Below are positions 49,883 through 62,725 of a DNA stretch of 64,000 nt, piece by piece. The position numbers and the translations under genes are program-made. The DNA is from the human T2T-CHM13v2.0 reference genome, Homo sapiens: the NCBI RefSeq assembly GCF_009914755.1, contig NC_060940.1, one strand, 5' to 3'. The notes beneath the pieces are model-generated. The model did no database searches. It was given only the letters and a program-made list of their open reading frames with translations, and had not been told where the DNA came from. Position 1 is the first letter of the stretch; every line of letters begins with the position of its first letter.

Positions 49883-50730
49883 AACTGAAGACAAATAAGT
49901 TTTCCAAGCCCCAGTTTCCTCTTCTGTTAAACAAAGAAAGAAAGTGAAAACTGTCCTATTTACTAAGTGCTGTATAAGATAATGAATACCAAAGCACCTA
50001 AAAATTATTAAATATTTTATAAAAGATGAACTGTAAGTCATAAAGCACTTAATTTGATATCTTGAGCTTCACTAAGTAGAACAAACCCTCACATTCTTAT
50101 TTAAATTACTTTGAGGGTTTTTTTTCTTAAAAAATTCATGTGTCATTCTAGTTATTTCCTGTTGCTAGGATTAGAAAAATGGGAATGGATCAAGCTCTAT
50201 TTAGATTATCTTCAGTCTTGATGTTGTGGCCTTTAGAAAATTAGTGTCTTAGTATTTTCAGTGGGTTTAAAATTACAAGCAATTAATAATTTTACAACTC
50301 GTATGAGACCCAGGCAGCATCTACAGAGAATTATATGAAGAGGCTAAGTTGGTGGTGACTTATACAGAGGAAACACTGGTGGCTGGCTTGTCCTTGGGAG
50401 CATCAACAGGGAAGTGGCATTTCTTGACCTCTCTCCTATTATTACGAAAACAATAGAGACTCTGCTATATTGGGGATTTACATTCCTTTACCTTACACAT
50501 TTTCTTGAAAATACATGCCTTATTTCTCCATCTTATCTATATTTGAAAAGGTCCATCTGAAAGGCAAGAAAGAGGTCTTCAGTTTTTTTCTTCATGAGTA
50601 TCATTGTCTAGAAGAGGGTAATTGAGCTTACTAAGTGGATGTAGGGAGAGATATAGTGAAGGGAAGATTTCTGGGGGAGGATTTGGGAAATGAAGCTAAG
50701 AGCTGGGAGGCACCATGGAAGAATGACTGA

Positions 50731-50872
50731 AAATTTCCTTTAATTTTAAATTCCTTTAATTTTTTAATTAAACCTCCTCTTTTGGAAATTTTTTAATTTT
50801 TTAATTAAACCTTAAATTTTTAAATTAAACCTCCTCTTTTGGAAAGGAAAAATTAATTTCCTTTAATTTTTT
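50731..50872. repeat. Patchwork of short direct duplications
   Basis: AATTAAACCTCCTCTTTTGGAAA x2; TTCCTTTAATTTT x3. Confidence 0.85.
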
Positions 50873-51149
50873 AAGAGTCAAGCGATAAGGATTCTATATA
50901 GCCAGGCAAAGCAGGTATGATTTTCTTGACTGTATACGAATGGGTCTTCATCACCTTCATCATCATCATCGCCATCAAACCTTTCATTGATATTGGACTT
51001 GCAGGTCTGAGAGCACTTTCACATACACACACACATTTGATCACTGTGATAACCCACACGGAAGGCACAGTGGACTGCTATGACATCCACTTTCTCTGCT
51101 CAGGTTTACTCACCCTTACTCTCAATTTACTGTAAAAAACTGCCTTTCT

Positions 51150-51597
51150 CTTAATGGTAGTCTATATGTTTTAAGGGTGTTGACCGTATCCCGGATCCAA
51201 GTTTGAGTACACTCCTGAGGCCCTGACTCATCAGTAGATGACATCCCCCGACCACAGTGCCTGCTGAAGGACAAAAACATGATCCAAGTCTGTCCAGCAA
51301 AACCCAATCCTGGGTCTCTAATTGAGCCTATGAGGAAAAATAAACCTTTTCCCAGTGAGATCCCTAAGCTTAGAGGATGAAGCCTGGAGCTCCTCAGGCC
51401 TTGGCTTGGGGATAGGTGGTCTGAGAATAAAACTGACCCTGAGGACGGAGCCAAAAGCTGGAGAGCAAGAAGCCTGGGTCCTCAGGGTGTGGTTCTAACC
51501 CCTCCTATTTGGATCTGCCTAAGGCAGGGCTCGGTCTGGAGGTTTTAGATAGAGCCAGGTTGAGTTGAGTTCTGTTACTGGCAAAAAGATCTGGCTA
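51150..51597 (+). mobile_element. Old MaLR LTR (MLT1K/L-like)
   Basis: atgaagcctggagctc...agccaggttgagttgagttctgttactggcaaaaaga 3' signature. Confidence 0.5.
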
Positions 51598-52156
51598 TTG
51601 AAGCTAGCAGAGAGAGACTAATAACTCCTTTTTCAGACTAGAAAACTGACAATCAGCACAGCAATCATTAAAAACACAATTTGGGCCATTCCAGTGTCTC
51701 TGAATATGGAATTTCTAAGGTCTTTTTGAAGCCTGTTGTCAGGGAGGGTGGGAAGGAAAGGGATGGCAGGCCGTAACTACAAATAATGTTTAAGGGTCTC
51801 ATTAAAAGGAAAGTGAAACGAGAAAGAACAGAGCCATGCTTATGGCATTACGGGACCTTTGGGAGAGCAGAAATGCTGAAGTTTACAAATGTGTAAGAGG
51901 TGGGCAGATAACTACAGTTGGGTTTTACTAAAGAAACAGTGTTCAAAATTAGAATGGAGTTTAGCAATAGTGGAATACACATTGTCTGGAAGAAAAATCA
52001 CTGCAAGTATTTCTTGTAATTATCTTATAATTACATACAATATGGCAAAATGTGAAAAAGTATTCCTTAATATTCAAATACAGTGTGTGTGCATCAAATC
52101 TCTGACTAGAGCATTCATGGAGTGATGATCCAGATGGGGAGAATTTGTGTATTAAG

Positions 52157-52331
52157 GGGGTGGTTCTCAACGTGCGGTCTCTGGACCAGCAGCATCAGCA
52201 TCACCTGGGACATTCTTAGGGCCCACCCCAGATCTACTGAATCAGACCCTCTCGGGTGGGAGAACCAGCAGTCTGGGTTCTAACAAGCCTTCCAGGTGAT
52301 TCCAATGCCTGCTAGAGTGTGAGGACCACTG
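52157..52331. mobile_element. MER5A
   Basis: gtggttctcaacgtgcggtctctggaccagcagcatcagcatcacctggga...ttccaggtgattcc...gaggaccactg. Confidence 0.9.
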
Positions 52332-52515
52332 CAGTAAAATATACACGAATATGTCGATGGACATCTGTGTGTTTGTGCAACATTTAAGAGAATGTTTATC
52401 CACCTCCTCTTTTGGAAGTCTTGACAAAAAGACTGTCACTGGTATGAACCTATCCTGGAGATGGAGGCACAGATTTGCAGCCCTCTAGGCCTTTCTGGTC
52501 TTTCTGTGTGTGTGG

Positions 52516-52873
52516 TGTTTTTTTGTTGTTGTTGTTTTGTTTTTTTTTTTGTTCTTTTTGTTTTTTGTTTTTGGCTTGTTTGTTTTTGTTTTTGAGATGG
52601 GGGTCTCACTCTGTCACCTAGGCTGGAGTGCAGTGATCTCGGCTCACTGAAAACTTCTGCCTCCTGGGATCCAGCGATTCTCTCACCTCAGCCTCCTGAG
52701 TAGCTGGGACTACAGGTGTGAACCATCACCCCCAGTTAATTTTTTTGTGTTTCTATTAGAGACGGGATTTTGCCATGTTGGTCAGACCAGACTCCAACTC
52801 CTGACCTCAAATGATCTGCCCACCTCGGCCTCCCAAAATGCTGGGATTATAGGCATGAGCCACTGGGCCCGGC
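52516..52873 (-). mobile_element. AluS with long T/G-patterned tail
   Basis: Full dimer; GCCTTTCTG on both flanks. Confidence 0.93.
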
Positions 52874-52961
52874 TGCCTTTCTGTTTTGAAGAGTCCTCTG
52901 TAGTCATAGAACCAATGGCGCGCAGAGTGATGCAGGACTATTCCATTTTCAGCTTCTTATT

Positions 52962-53256
<295 letters not shown>

Positions 53257-53281
53257 CAGCTTCTATCTTACTTATAACTTG

Positions 53282-53872
53282 TGTGGTGAGCAAAATTCTA
53301 AAGATACTCCCTCCACCCAAATCCCAATTTCATGACTATTTAATCTGACACCAATCTAGAAACTGCTGTGAAGGAATCTTGCACATGTCATTAAAGTTCC
53401 AAGTCAGCTGACCTTGAGGTGGGGAAAGTTATCCAGGTGGGCTGTGTCCAGTCAGGTGAGCCCTTTAAAGGCAGAAATTTTTCTCCAGTTGGTGGAAGAA
53501 GGACTAGGGGAAAGATCTGAAGCCTAAAAAAGACTCAGTGTATCAATGTTGACTTTGAAGATGGAGGGGCCACATGAGAAAGATCGTAGGCAGCCTCTAG
53601 AAGCCAGAAAAGTGGGACCTCAGTTCTACAACCAAAAGAAATGAATTTTTGCAACAACGTCAATAAGTTTGTAACTGGATTTCTCTCTGGAGCCAGTGGA
53701 TGAGGACTTAACTTGGCCAATATCTTGATTTTAGTCTTCTCTTACTTTGAGCAGAGAACTCAGCCATGCCATGCCAGACTTCTGACCTCCAGAACTGTGA
53801 ACTAATAAATGAGTATTGTTTCAAGCTGTTAAATTTGTAGCCATTTATATGCAGCAATAGGAAACTAATATA
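53282..53872 (+). mobile_element. MLT1E-like MaLR LTR
   Basis: tgtggtgagcaaaattctaa...ctttgaagatggaggggccacatg...gcagcaataggaaactaatata. Confidence 0.88.
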
Positions 53873-54756
53873 ACTTGAAAGAATATGGCAGCTGGAATAT
53901 GGAATTTGAGTATTTGGAGTTACATGAGATCTAATCATTTGGAATGAACAAAATAGTTGATGTAGGAGAGAGAGGAGAGAGCCTTTGGAGGAAGATTCAG
54001 CTCAGTGAAGAAGAAAAAGTTCATTGAAAGAAAGAAGAAACCTGACTAATAGATAATTAGTAGAGACCAGGGAAGACATTAAAAATGAAAGGGAAGATGG
54101 ATAGACAATTCCATGGAGGATGATGGAAAGCCACAGAAGAGGTTCATGCTGCTAAGTGACAGGGGCTTACATGGCAAGATTATTACTTAGAAGCATGTTT
54201 GCACATTTTATTATTTGAAGGCATTGTTGAGACAATATAATTTAATCCTTCAATTATTTTGTAAGATACATATTTAGAGATGAAGGAAGAATATGTGGAT
54301 TGATCATGGTTACAGGCAAATTAATTTCTGAGTCAAGACCGCAATTCACATCTCCTGATGGCTCCTTTTATTTTGCCAAACTCCTTTGGCACTAGGGCCA
54401 GTTCCCTAAGGAAGAGGAATAGCTTACATTGTCACTGGGAAGAGGGCAGAGGCCTGCACAAAACAACTGGACGGTTGATACCGTAGCTTTGCGAGATTAA
54501 GCCAAGCCAAGATATGATGACTTTTGCTCCCTAGCCATCTACAAAGTCCTTCACATTGTCACAAAGCCAAATGCAATTAGCACGCAGGGCACGATCTTCC
54601 AGGGAGCCTCAAACCTGATTAACGGGTTAGAAAATAGGGCCTGTGGAGCGAGATGATATTGGGAAGCTTGTGCCTGGCAACAAGGTTAAAGGATGACCGG
54701 ATGGGGAGGGCAGAGCGAGGCTTGCAAGGTGCACAAACTGAACTGCCCTTCCTAGG

Positions 54757-54765
54757 GCGCGCGCG

Positions 54766-54822
<57 letters not shown>
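54757..54822. repeat. (GC)9(AC)24 alternating purine-pyrimidine tract
   Basis: Direct reading. Confidence 0.95.
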
Positions 54823-54825
<3 letters not shown>

Positions 54826-56375
54826 GTCTGGCCCTGTTAAGCAGTTCCTCTTCTATGTGGTTTTGTTTATTAAATAAATTACGGTTTATTAACCTCAAAG
54901 CCACTGCCTTCCCCTCAAGAAACTAAATAGAATATTAGTTCATGCAAAAGATCCTGTTGTTCAGATTGGAAGAGAAGTTACCCATGGGCTGGTATCTGTT
55001 TCCATGGGAACCAAAAATAAATATTGATACTGCGTTAATGGTCTGTGTCTCACTTAAGCTCCATTAAATTTCGAGCACTTGCAAGAAAACAGCCCATTGA
55101 TGGCCCAGCTGAGGGAGAAGGAAGAGGCTTTATAAAAAGCAACAGTGTGGAAGGCACACGGGGTGCAGGCAGGACTTCTGAGTGCTTCTCAACCAGGAAG
55201 CTCTTTATGGAATTCTTCCAACCGAGGAGACCTACTTAGGTGCACTCAAAATTGCTGCTTAAGATGCTAGTTGCAGACTGAATAGATTTTTGTGAACCTG
55301 TCCTTTTAATAAAGAATAGTTGTATGTTTTACAAAGCTGATCTGTAGACAACAATATTTTCCAGGAACCCACATGCCCAAAACACAATCAACAAATGGAC
55401 TGAGAGTCCAAATTAGAATATTTCTTTCTATACCAGTTTTCCCAAAGCAATTCAAGTGCAGACACTGAGGTCAGTATTGTTGCCTTTTATATTTATAATC
55501 CTGCTTTTAGGAGCAAAGTATTGGATTTATTGCATGAAAGTAGTTTACAGCTTTAAGTACTGCTACTCCTTGGAATAAGGAACATCACAGCCTGCTTAAT
55601 TTACACAAAGGATGTTAGGACTATTTAATGGCATGTAAACATTTTATAAGGCAAGTTCAAATTGCAGGTGATATTTAATATACTTTAGCAAAATGGACCA
55701 CAAATGGATTCTAGTTCTTATTTATTGGCCCAATCTTTCTTATGGCATCAAAAGTGAATCGAGTTTTAAAAGGTGTTAAGAGTTTTCAGTACAGTTCGTG
55801 ACACTGGGCACAATAGGTAAGGCTGCATAAAACAAGCAACATGTGAATTAATTCCAGAACCAGAGAAGCTATGAACCTCTGAATCAGACTTTATCGTGTG
55901 GCTTCTGGGGCTCTGTCAATAGGAGTTCTTGTGCCCTTGGTCCCTAGAAGAGCTCAAAGCCCCAAAAGGAGCTGCCAAGATGAGCACTGGGGAAGAATAT
56001 CGTCCAGAGAGTGTGGTTTCTTGTCATGAAAAACCACCAAGGAGAAAAGCCCTCCCTAGCAAAATGGAGATTTAGGAAGTATCATTAAGCTAGCGATGAG
56101 AGTCCTAAGTTATCATAAGAATGCAAAATAATCTGTGTTATAAACTTCCAAAGCCTCTGAATGGTAGACGTATGATTCTTGCCTAGAATTTCTTTAGGAA
56201 ACACCCCTCACCTTGTACATTTTATCAAAGCCCATGTGCTAAGGCCAGGCCAGTGCCACCCCTAACCCCTGATCTGAGGCTGTGCTGGGACCTGAGCACA
56301 CCGGCTAACAGTTCAGGAAAGACTTGCAATCCACGCTGGTTTAGGAAAAGCACTCAAAGACTGTGGTTGTGGTTC

Positions 56376-56809
56376 TGTAACTGAACCAAAATTTGTTCAG
56401 TTGCCTGCGAGCAACAGAAAGCCAGACACCAAAGAACCAGGTCTTTGCAGGGAGAAAAGTCTATTGTCAGGTGACCAAAACAAGGAGACAGGAATTGAAC
56501 TCAAATCTGTCTCCTGGAGTTGGGGTTTGAAACAGGTTTTACAGTCAGAGGTGTGATCTGATTGGACCCTGCTGTGGGGTGTTGACAAGGCTCAATCTGA
56601 TTGGTTCTTGGATCCTGCCATGTGGAGTCCACTTCTAAATTCAGTTCCCTCTCCTCAATCTACATGCTTAGGTTCTGCCTGTGGTTGCATGCTTGATTCC
56701 TGTGGGCGTGCTCTGGTTATGTGATCTTCAACCTGGAGGTCCACAGCACCTGAAAAACTCACCACTTTGTGGCATAAAGATTGAACCAGATTGACCTGAT
56801 GTGGTTACA
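56376..56809 (-). mobile_element. ERV1-class solo LTR, family not assigned
   Basis: TGTAAC...GTTACA terminal inverted repeat, exact 4-bp TSD GTTC, repeated atctgattgg CCAAT units. Confidence 0.82.
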
Positions 56810-57395
56810 GTTCTGGGAAGGAGGCCTGAAGCTGTAGCTTGTGTCAGGAGACCACCTGAGAATGAAGGAGAACATTGCTGAGAGATGTACCACCAAGGAC
56901 CCTGTTAAGTATCAGGATTGTGTTGTGCTGAACCTGACCTTAACTCCTGGTCTTGGCATTCTGGGAGCCAATAAATCCCATTTTTTACTTTAAAAAAATT
57001 GTGTTTAATCAACATGTGTCAGCTATCATGCAAGGTGTTAGAACAAACTCACTGCTCGCCAGTGGGAAAAAGGAAGGGAAAACTGGTTTCCACTTCCCTT
57101 GGGTTTAATCAAATGAGAAGAGCCTCATTCCATATGCCTCCCTCTGCACCCTCACCCCAGATTCCTGGATCATTTTCCAGTTATGCTCCCTGAAAAATAA
57201 GTCAATGTTGATTTCTCTCTCCCAGCAGATAGCTCAGGTTCCACTTCTAGCTATCTTCTTCCTGTCTCTGTCTAGACTCTTCCTGGCTCAGAGACTGATT
57301 ATGAGTAAATCAGTTAGTCTTTCAGAGCTGTTATCTCAACTATAATGAACTTTATACAAACAAATATCCACTTGTATATTCCCCCCAAACCCTTT

Positions 57396-58043
57396 TGTCA
57401 AAGGTGTTTGAACCAGAGCAACTCCATCTTGAATAGGGACTGGGTAAAATAAGGTTGAGGCCTCCTGAGCTGCATTCCCAGGAGGTTAGGCATTCTTGGT
57501 CATAGGATGAGATAGGAGGTTGGCAGGGCTGATTTCCCAAGATACACAAGGTCACAAAGACCCTGCTGATAAAAAAAAGATGCAGTAAAGAAGCTGCACA
57601 AAGCCACCTAAATCAAGATGGCAACAAAAGTGACCTCTGGTTATCCTCACTGCTCATTATATGCTAATTATAATGCAATAGCATGTTAAAAGACACTCCC
57701 ACCAATGCCATGACAGTTACAAATGCCATAGCAATGTCTAGAAGTTACCCTATATGGTCTAAAAGGAAGAGAAACCCTCAATTCTGGGAACTTCCTGCCC
57801 CCTTACCCAGAAAACTCATTAGTAACCCACTCCTTGTTTAGCATATAATCAAGACACAACCATAAGTATACTCAGTCAAGCAGCCCACGTTGCTCCTCTG
57901 TCTATGGAGTAGCCATCCTTTCTTTCTTATTTCTCTATTAAACTTGTTTTCACTTTACTCTGTAGACTCGCCCTAAGTTCTCTCTTGCATGAGATCCAAG
58001 AACCTTCTCTTGGGGTCTCGATCAGAACCCCTTTTCTGTAGCG
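57396..58043 (+). mobile_element. MER41B solo LTR (ERV1)
   Basis: tgtcaaaggtgtttgaaccagagcaactccatcttgaatagg...gagatccaagaaccttctcttggggtct; TSD CTTT. Confidence 0.93.
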
Positions 58044-58283
58044 CTTTTACACCCACATTTCGTATTAACCCTGTGAAGGAGGTAATCACATCACCATTTT
58101 ATAGACACAGAGAGATCAAGCTAGCCTCCTAAGTCACTTCTCTAGGAGGTGGTAAAGTTGGTTCCAGAGCCCCTCTCCTCCATCCTTTCCAGCCCTGTAC
58201 AAGGATGTGCTTCTAAAGAGTCTTTGGGCCCCGATTTCCCAGTCGTCTTGGTCTCCCCATTCCTTTTATGCCCCTCATGACAA

Positions 58284-58800
58284 TGTCATGGGTTAGATAA
58301 CACAGGGGCCGAGGGAAAATCTTTTCCTTCACCCTCTAAAGGTTCACTAAAAAAATCAACTCACAACAGGTGGATTAATTGGAGAAAAGGCATACAAATG
58401 TATTAACGTGTACATGGAGGAAGAACCACACGGTGATTACTCACTTCCCAACAGGGTGCAGAAGCTTACACACCATTTTGAGGTTACAGAAAGAATGGGG
58501 GCATGGATCCTGGCAAACCAGTTATGGGGGTGAGAAGGAGAAGAGGAATTCTGTTGAGGGGCAGAGTAAATAATTACTAGGGAGAATGAATGGATCAGGA
58601 AGAGATTAACTGTAGAAAGTTCTCTTTGGAATTTTAATGAGCCTGAGAGACAGACATTATCTTGTGAAACGGTCTGTTCAGTTGCCATTATACTCTTGGT
58701 CTTTTTTGTAATAGATGGACAGTAGGGGTGTGGGGTCATTGAGTTCTTGGGGCTTCCTCAGTGCCATACTTTGGGGTATCAGGGTTTCTGAGACACAACA
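58284..58800 (-). mobile_element. MER34/MER39-like ERV1 LTR
   Basis: Reverse start tgttgtgtctcagaaaccctgataccccaaagtatggcac; gattaattggagaaaaggcatacaaat. Confidence 0.75.
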
Positions 58801-60354
58801 GTAACATCTGCCCTCTTTTACAAGTGGGGAAATCGAAGCAGAGAAACTAAAATGAATTGCCCAGGTTCTCAGGGTCAGGATTCGTATGTAGGTCTTTTTG
58901 GACAACAAAAGCCAATGGGAGATAGATGGGCCAGCATGTCAAAGTCCACTTACCTTACAAGTTTGCCTTAGCTGGCCACGCAGCCAACAGTCAACAAAAT
59001 GTACCACATACATGAAAGCAAGGCAGATATGGGGAAGACAAATCCTAAATAATAATGGCACAGCATGCTCATTTACAATGGAAAGCAATGAGATACTTCA
59101 GGAGCATATAGAAGAGTGAAGAAGGTGTATATGGGGGAAAGGGCATGGGAGAATAGGTAGGAAAAGCTGACTAGGGGAAGTGATATTTAAGATAAGACCT
59201 AAGGGATTGTGCTGAATCTAATCCAATAAAACAGCTCTAAAGGCCCTCAATATGTACGTTTTCTTTCCTGACTTAATTTTAAAAGCCAAAATAGCATTGC
59301 ACACATAGCCCTTCCCCCATTTGGGGTTTCTTCTTATATTTGCTCCTTATTTTGGCTTCAGGAAACCCTTTGATGTGTGGCTGCCAAGGGCCCTGCCTAT
59401 GGGGGCCTGCTTAAGGCCGAACCATATTTCATCCAAAACGGGGATTCAAAATGGGAGACCATTACCAGTCACGTAATTAACGCTGCTGAAGACATACTGC
59501 TTTATGAAAAGGAAAATGCTAGTGCTGATTATGAAATTTATGAGGTGCTTACATCTAGTGGATTGGAGTGAATTATCTAGTTCCACCGATGCTCTGACCC
59601 ATTTAAAATGAGAACAGAGAAGGGCAATCTGTTTCCCTCTCAACACCCTCCACCAGGAAGGTAAAGTGGGTAATTTATATCTTTGTATCTGGCCACTTAT
59701 TCAGTCTAGAATTAGATAACGGGTTTGTATTTACATCTGTAAACCACTCTCAGTCAGGAGATGACATACCGCAGAAGAAAGCAGAATGATTTCACACATA
59801 CCCTCTCTCTGGGCACCTCTGCCTGTGAAGAAAATTCATTTTGCTGGAGAAGAGCCTGTCTGATGTGGGAAGTGCATGGATTAGGATGAGGAGCCTGCAC
59901 TTCTTCATGTGTCACCCTCCTTTCTCTTCTCAGCGCATTCTCATTCAGGGTGAGAAGACATTGGAATGGAAGGACATAAGCTCTAAGGCTCCCACTACCA
60001 AGTCTCCAAAAACAGCCTTTTTTTTAACAGTCATGGGGTTTACGGCACACATACTTCTATTGTTTCCAGCCATGCGTAAGATTCCCTCCAGAACCACCTT
60101 CAATACATGGTATGGAGCCTAGTTACCATTTCATTACCAAAATCCTCTGCATTCCAAATTTAAAATGAGGCCTCAAACCCTTGACACCCAATTCGTTTAT
60201 TACAAAATAAAACAAAATTTTAGAAAACACTAGAAGACCAAATTCTACATAAAGAAACTGGAAAGAAAATTCCCTAAAGTGCTGTTAGCTCACTGAAAAG
60301 TTTTTATTCTGTCTGAGCAAAGAGCTTTGCTGGAAGGAAGGAGTTTGGCTAGAG

Positions 60355-60562
60355 CAGTGGCTCTCAACAGCAGATGATTTCAGCATATGGAGGACATTTG
60401 AAAATGTCAGGAGTTGATTGTCACAAAGGAGGGATGCTACCAGCATCTCGTGGTTAGAGGTCAGAGATGTTATTAAACATCGTACGATACACAGGACAGT
60501 CACTGCCACACAGAGAAAGAGCTGATCTAAAATATAGATAGTGCTGAGGTTGAGAAACACAG
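60355..60562. mobile_element. MER20 hAT-Charlie
   Basis: cagtggctctcaac...ggacatttgaaaatgtcagga...atagtgctgaggttgagaaac. Confidence 0.88.
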
Positions 60563-60600
60563 CATTAGAAAAAGATGCAAAATAATAAATAATGATCCGA

Positions 60601-60921
60601 TATTTTATTTTATTTTATTTTGAGATACAGTCTTGCTCTGTGGCCCAGGCTAGAGTGTAGTGACACGATTACAACTCACTGCAGCCTCACCCTCCTGGGC
60701 TTAAGAAATCCTCCTGCCTCAGCATCCCGAGTAGCCAGAACTTAAGGCACATGTCACCACACTCATCTAAGTTTTTGTTTGTTTGTTTGTTTTTAATTTT
60801 TTGTCAAGATGGGGTTTTGCTTTGTAGCCCAGTCTGGTGTCAAATGTCTGGCTTCAAGCAATCCTTATACCTCAGCCTCCCAAAGGGCTGGGATTATAGC
60901 CATGAGCCATTTTGCCCAGCC
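60601..60921 (-). mobile_element. AluJ
   Basis: Diverged full dimer with (ATTTT)n tail. Confidence 0.9.
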
Positions 60922-61304
60922 TGCTTTCATCTTTCAGATTCTTGGATTTTAGTGGAGCTGGTGTAAGCCAAAAGGTACTGGCAATCATAACTTCAGAAGG
61001 GAGTGCAATACACAGGCTATAGGACATAGGAGCAGAAGAAATATCACAGGGAGCCTGGGGTGATTTTATCAGCGCTGATGAGACTGAGAGGTGGCCCCTG
61101 GTATCATGTTTGGAAAAGTTCTGGGGAGCTCTAAGTGACCATTTTCAGAGGGCACAGGGAGCAGACAACAGAGTGCAGTGGCCTGAATGTAGAATTGGAG
61201 AGGAAGATTAGTATTTTCTCAGGACTTGGCCAGCAAAAAAAGAAAAAAAAAGTTTTAAAAAAATTTTTTGTTTGTGCATGTTGTTCATCTCGTCAATAAA
61301 TATA

Positions 61305-61550
61305 ATATTAATAACACAGCAGCTAATATATAGGAAGCACTGATATGTATTGAGTCAGAAATTGTGGTGAGTACTTTACACTGAGTCCTCACCACAGTCA
61401 TATTTATTGCTCCATTTTACAGATGAGGAACCTGAGACACAAGGATTGCTGTGAGAGCCCCAAATCATACGGCTGCTAAGTTTTGGCTCCAAATCAGTTT
61501 TATCGGCAGGAAAGTCCATTTTGCTGCTGACTGTCATATATTGCCTTCCT
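61305..61550 (-). mobile_element. MIR
   Basis: ctccattttacagatgaggaacctgagacac. Confidence 0.78.
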
Positions 61551-62109
61551 AGTAATAAAATAACTTTGTCTAGTACAAAAAAGAGTGGAACAAAGGCTCC
61601 ATATTTATGTATATGAATAGGTGTCTACATAAGCTGGGTTTTTACAGTCACAGGCATTAAGTGCCTCAATAAAGAAAAAAGAAAGAAAATGATGCAACCC
61701 CAATAAATTGTTTCTCATGCCCAAAAGAAGCTCAGCCAGAGGCTGCAGAGGGAGTTAACCCTTCACCCATTCCTTGAGTCTCACAAAGCGTCTCCCAATA
61801 AATCACTGGAATTTAGGTATTTGGGTTTCTACTCTGGGTGTCCATCTAAGGATGAATTTTTGGTAAAATTTGTTATCTGGTGCCAGTTATGCAGATATGA
61901 AGACTGAATCATCCTGAGGATGATTCCAGGGCAAATCTAAAAAAATGATATAACAAGAACACCAGCAATATGTAAAAGTTGAACAAGATCAAAAATTCAA
62001 GATCAAAATTCAAAGTAATCTGTAATGACCAATAGTTGAACAGGATCAAAATTCAGTATAATTTGAAGTAGACCTGCAGCTTTACCCACAGCATTGATTG
62101 TAGACTGAA

Positions 62110-62290
62110 CATCTGCTTTTCTATTTAATCCATTCAACAGCACTGGTGGGCTCTCATTTTTCAGATGAAGAAATGGGGACAAGGGTAGGTTACGAGAATT
62201 GCTCCCACACACAGGCAGAGCCAGAGAGGAGTCAGAATGCAAGACTTCTGCCCCCAAATTAATTGAGCTTTCTACTATAGCACTCTTGCT
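62110..62290 (-). mobile_element. MIR
   Basis: ctcatttttcagatgaagaaatggggac. Confidence 0.6.
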
Positions 62291-62409
62291 CCTCAGTTAG
62301 GTGAATATCTCTTCATTTAATGCATCAAATAATAACTGGGCCACTGGGCCTAAGCTTATGGGATCCAACTTAGAAACAAATAAACTCAAACTGAACGGAA
62401 GCATGACCC

Positions 62410-62725
62410 ATGGTCAGGAGTATGGATCCTGGAGTTTGCTGGGATCCTGGATCCTGGAGTTTGCTGGGCTTAGCAGAAGGTTTGAACTCTGATTTCATCT
62501 TCTAGTTATACCAAGGAGTCAACACTCAGCAAGTCATAGTGGCTCTCTGAGCATTTGATTCCTCTTCGGTAAATTAAGATAAATAGTAGTATCACTCCTT
62601 AAGGTTGTGGCAAGTAAGAAATTACCTTCAACTGCAAGGTGAAGGTGATGTGTGCAACATTGTTAATATTATGCCTGATGCAGAGTGAGAATTCATTAAA
62701 TAGCAACTACGGTATTATTATTATT
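62410..62725 (+). mobile_element. MIR with internal 25-bp duplication
   Basis: ggtttgaactctg...agcaagtcat...ctctgagc...aaggttgtgg...tgcctgatgcagagtgag. Confidence 0.55.

Noticed and set aside
50731-50872. CRISPR-like repeat-spacer array
   Set aside because: Only 2-3 irregular copies, no unique spacers, eukaryotic context, no cas genes.
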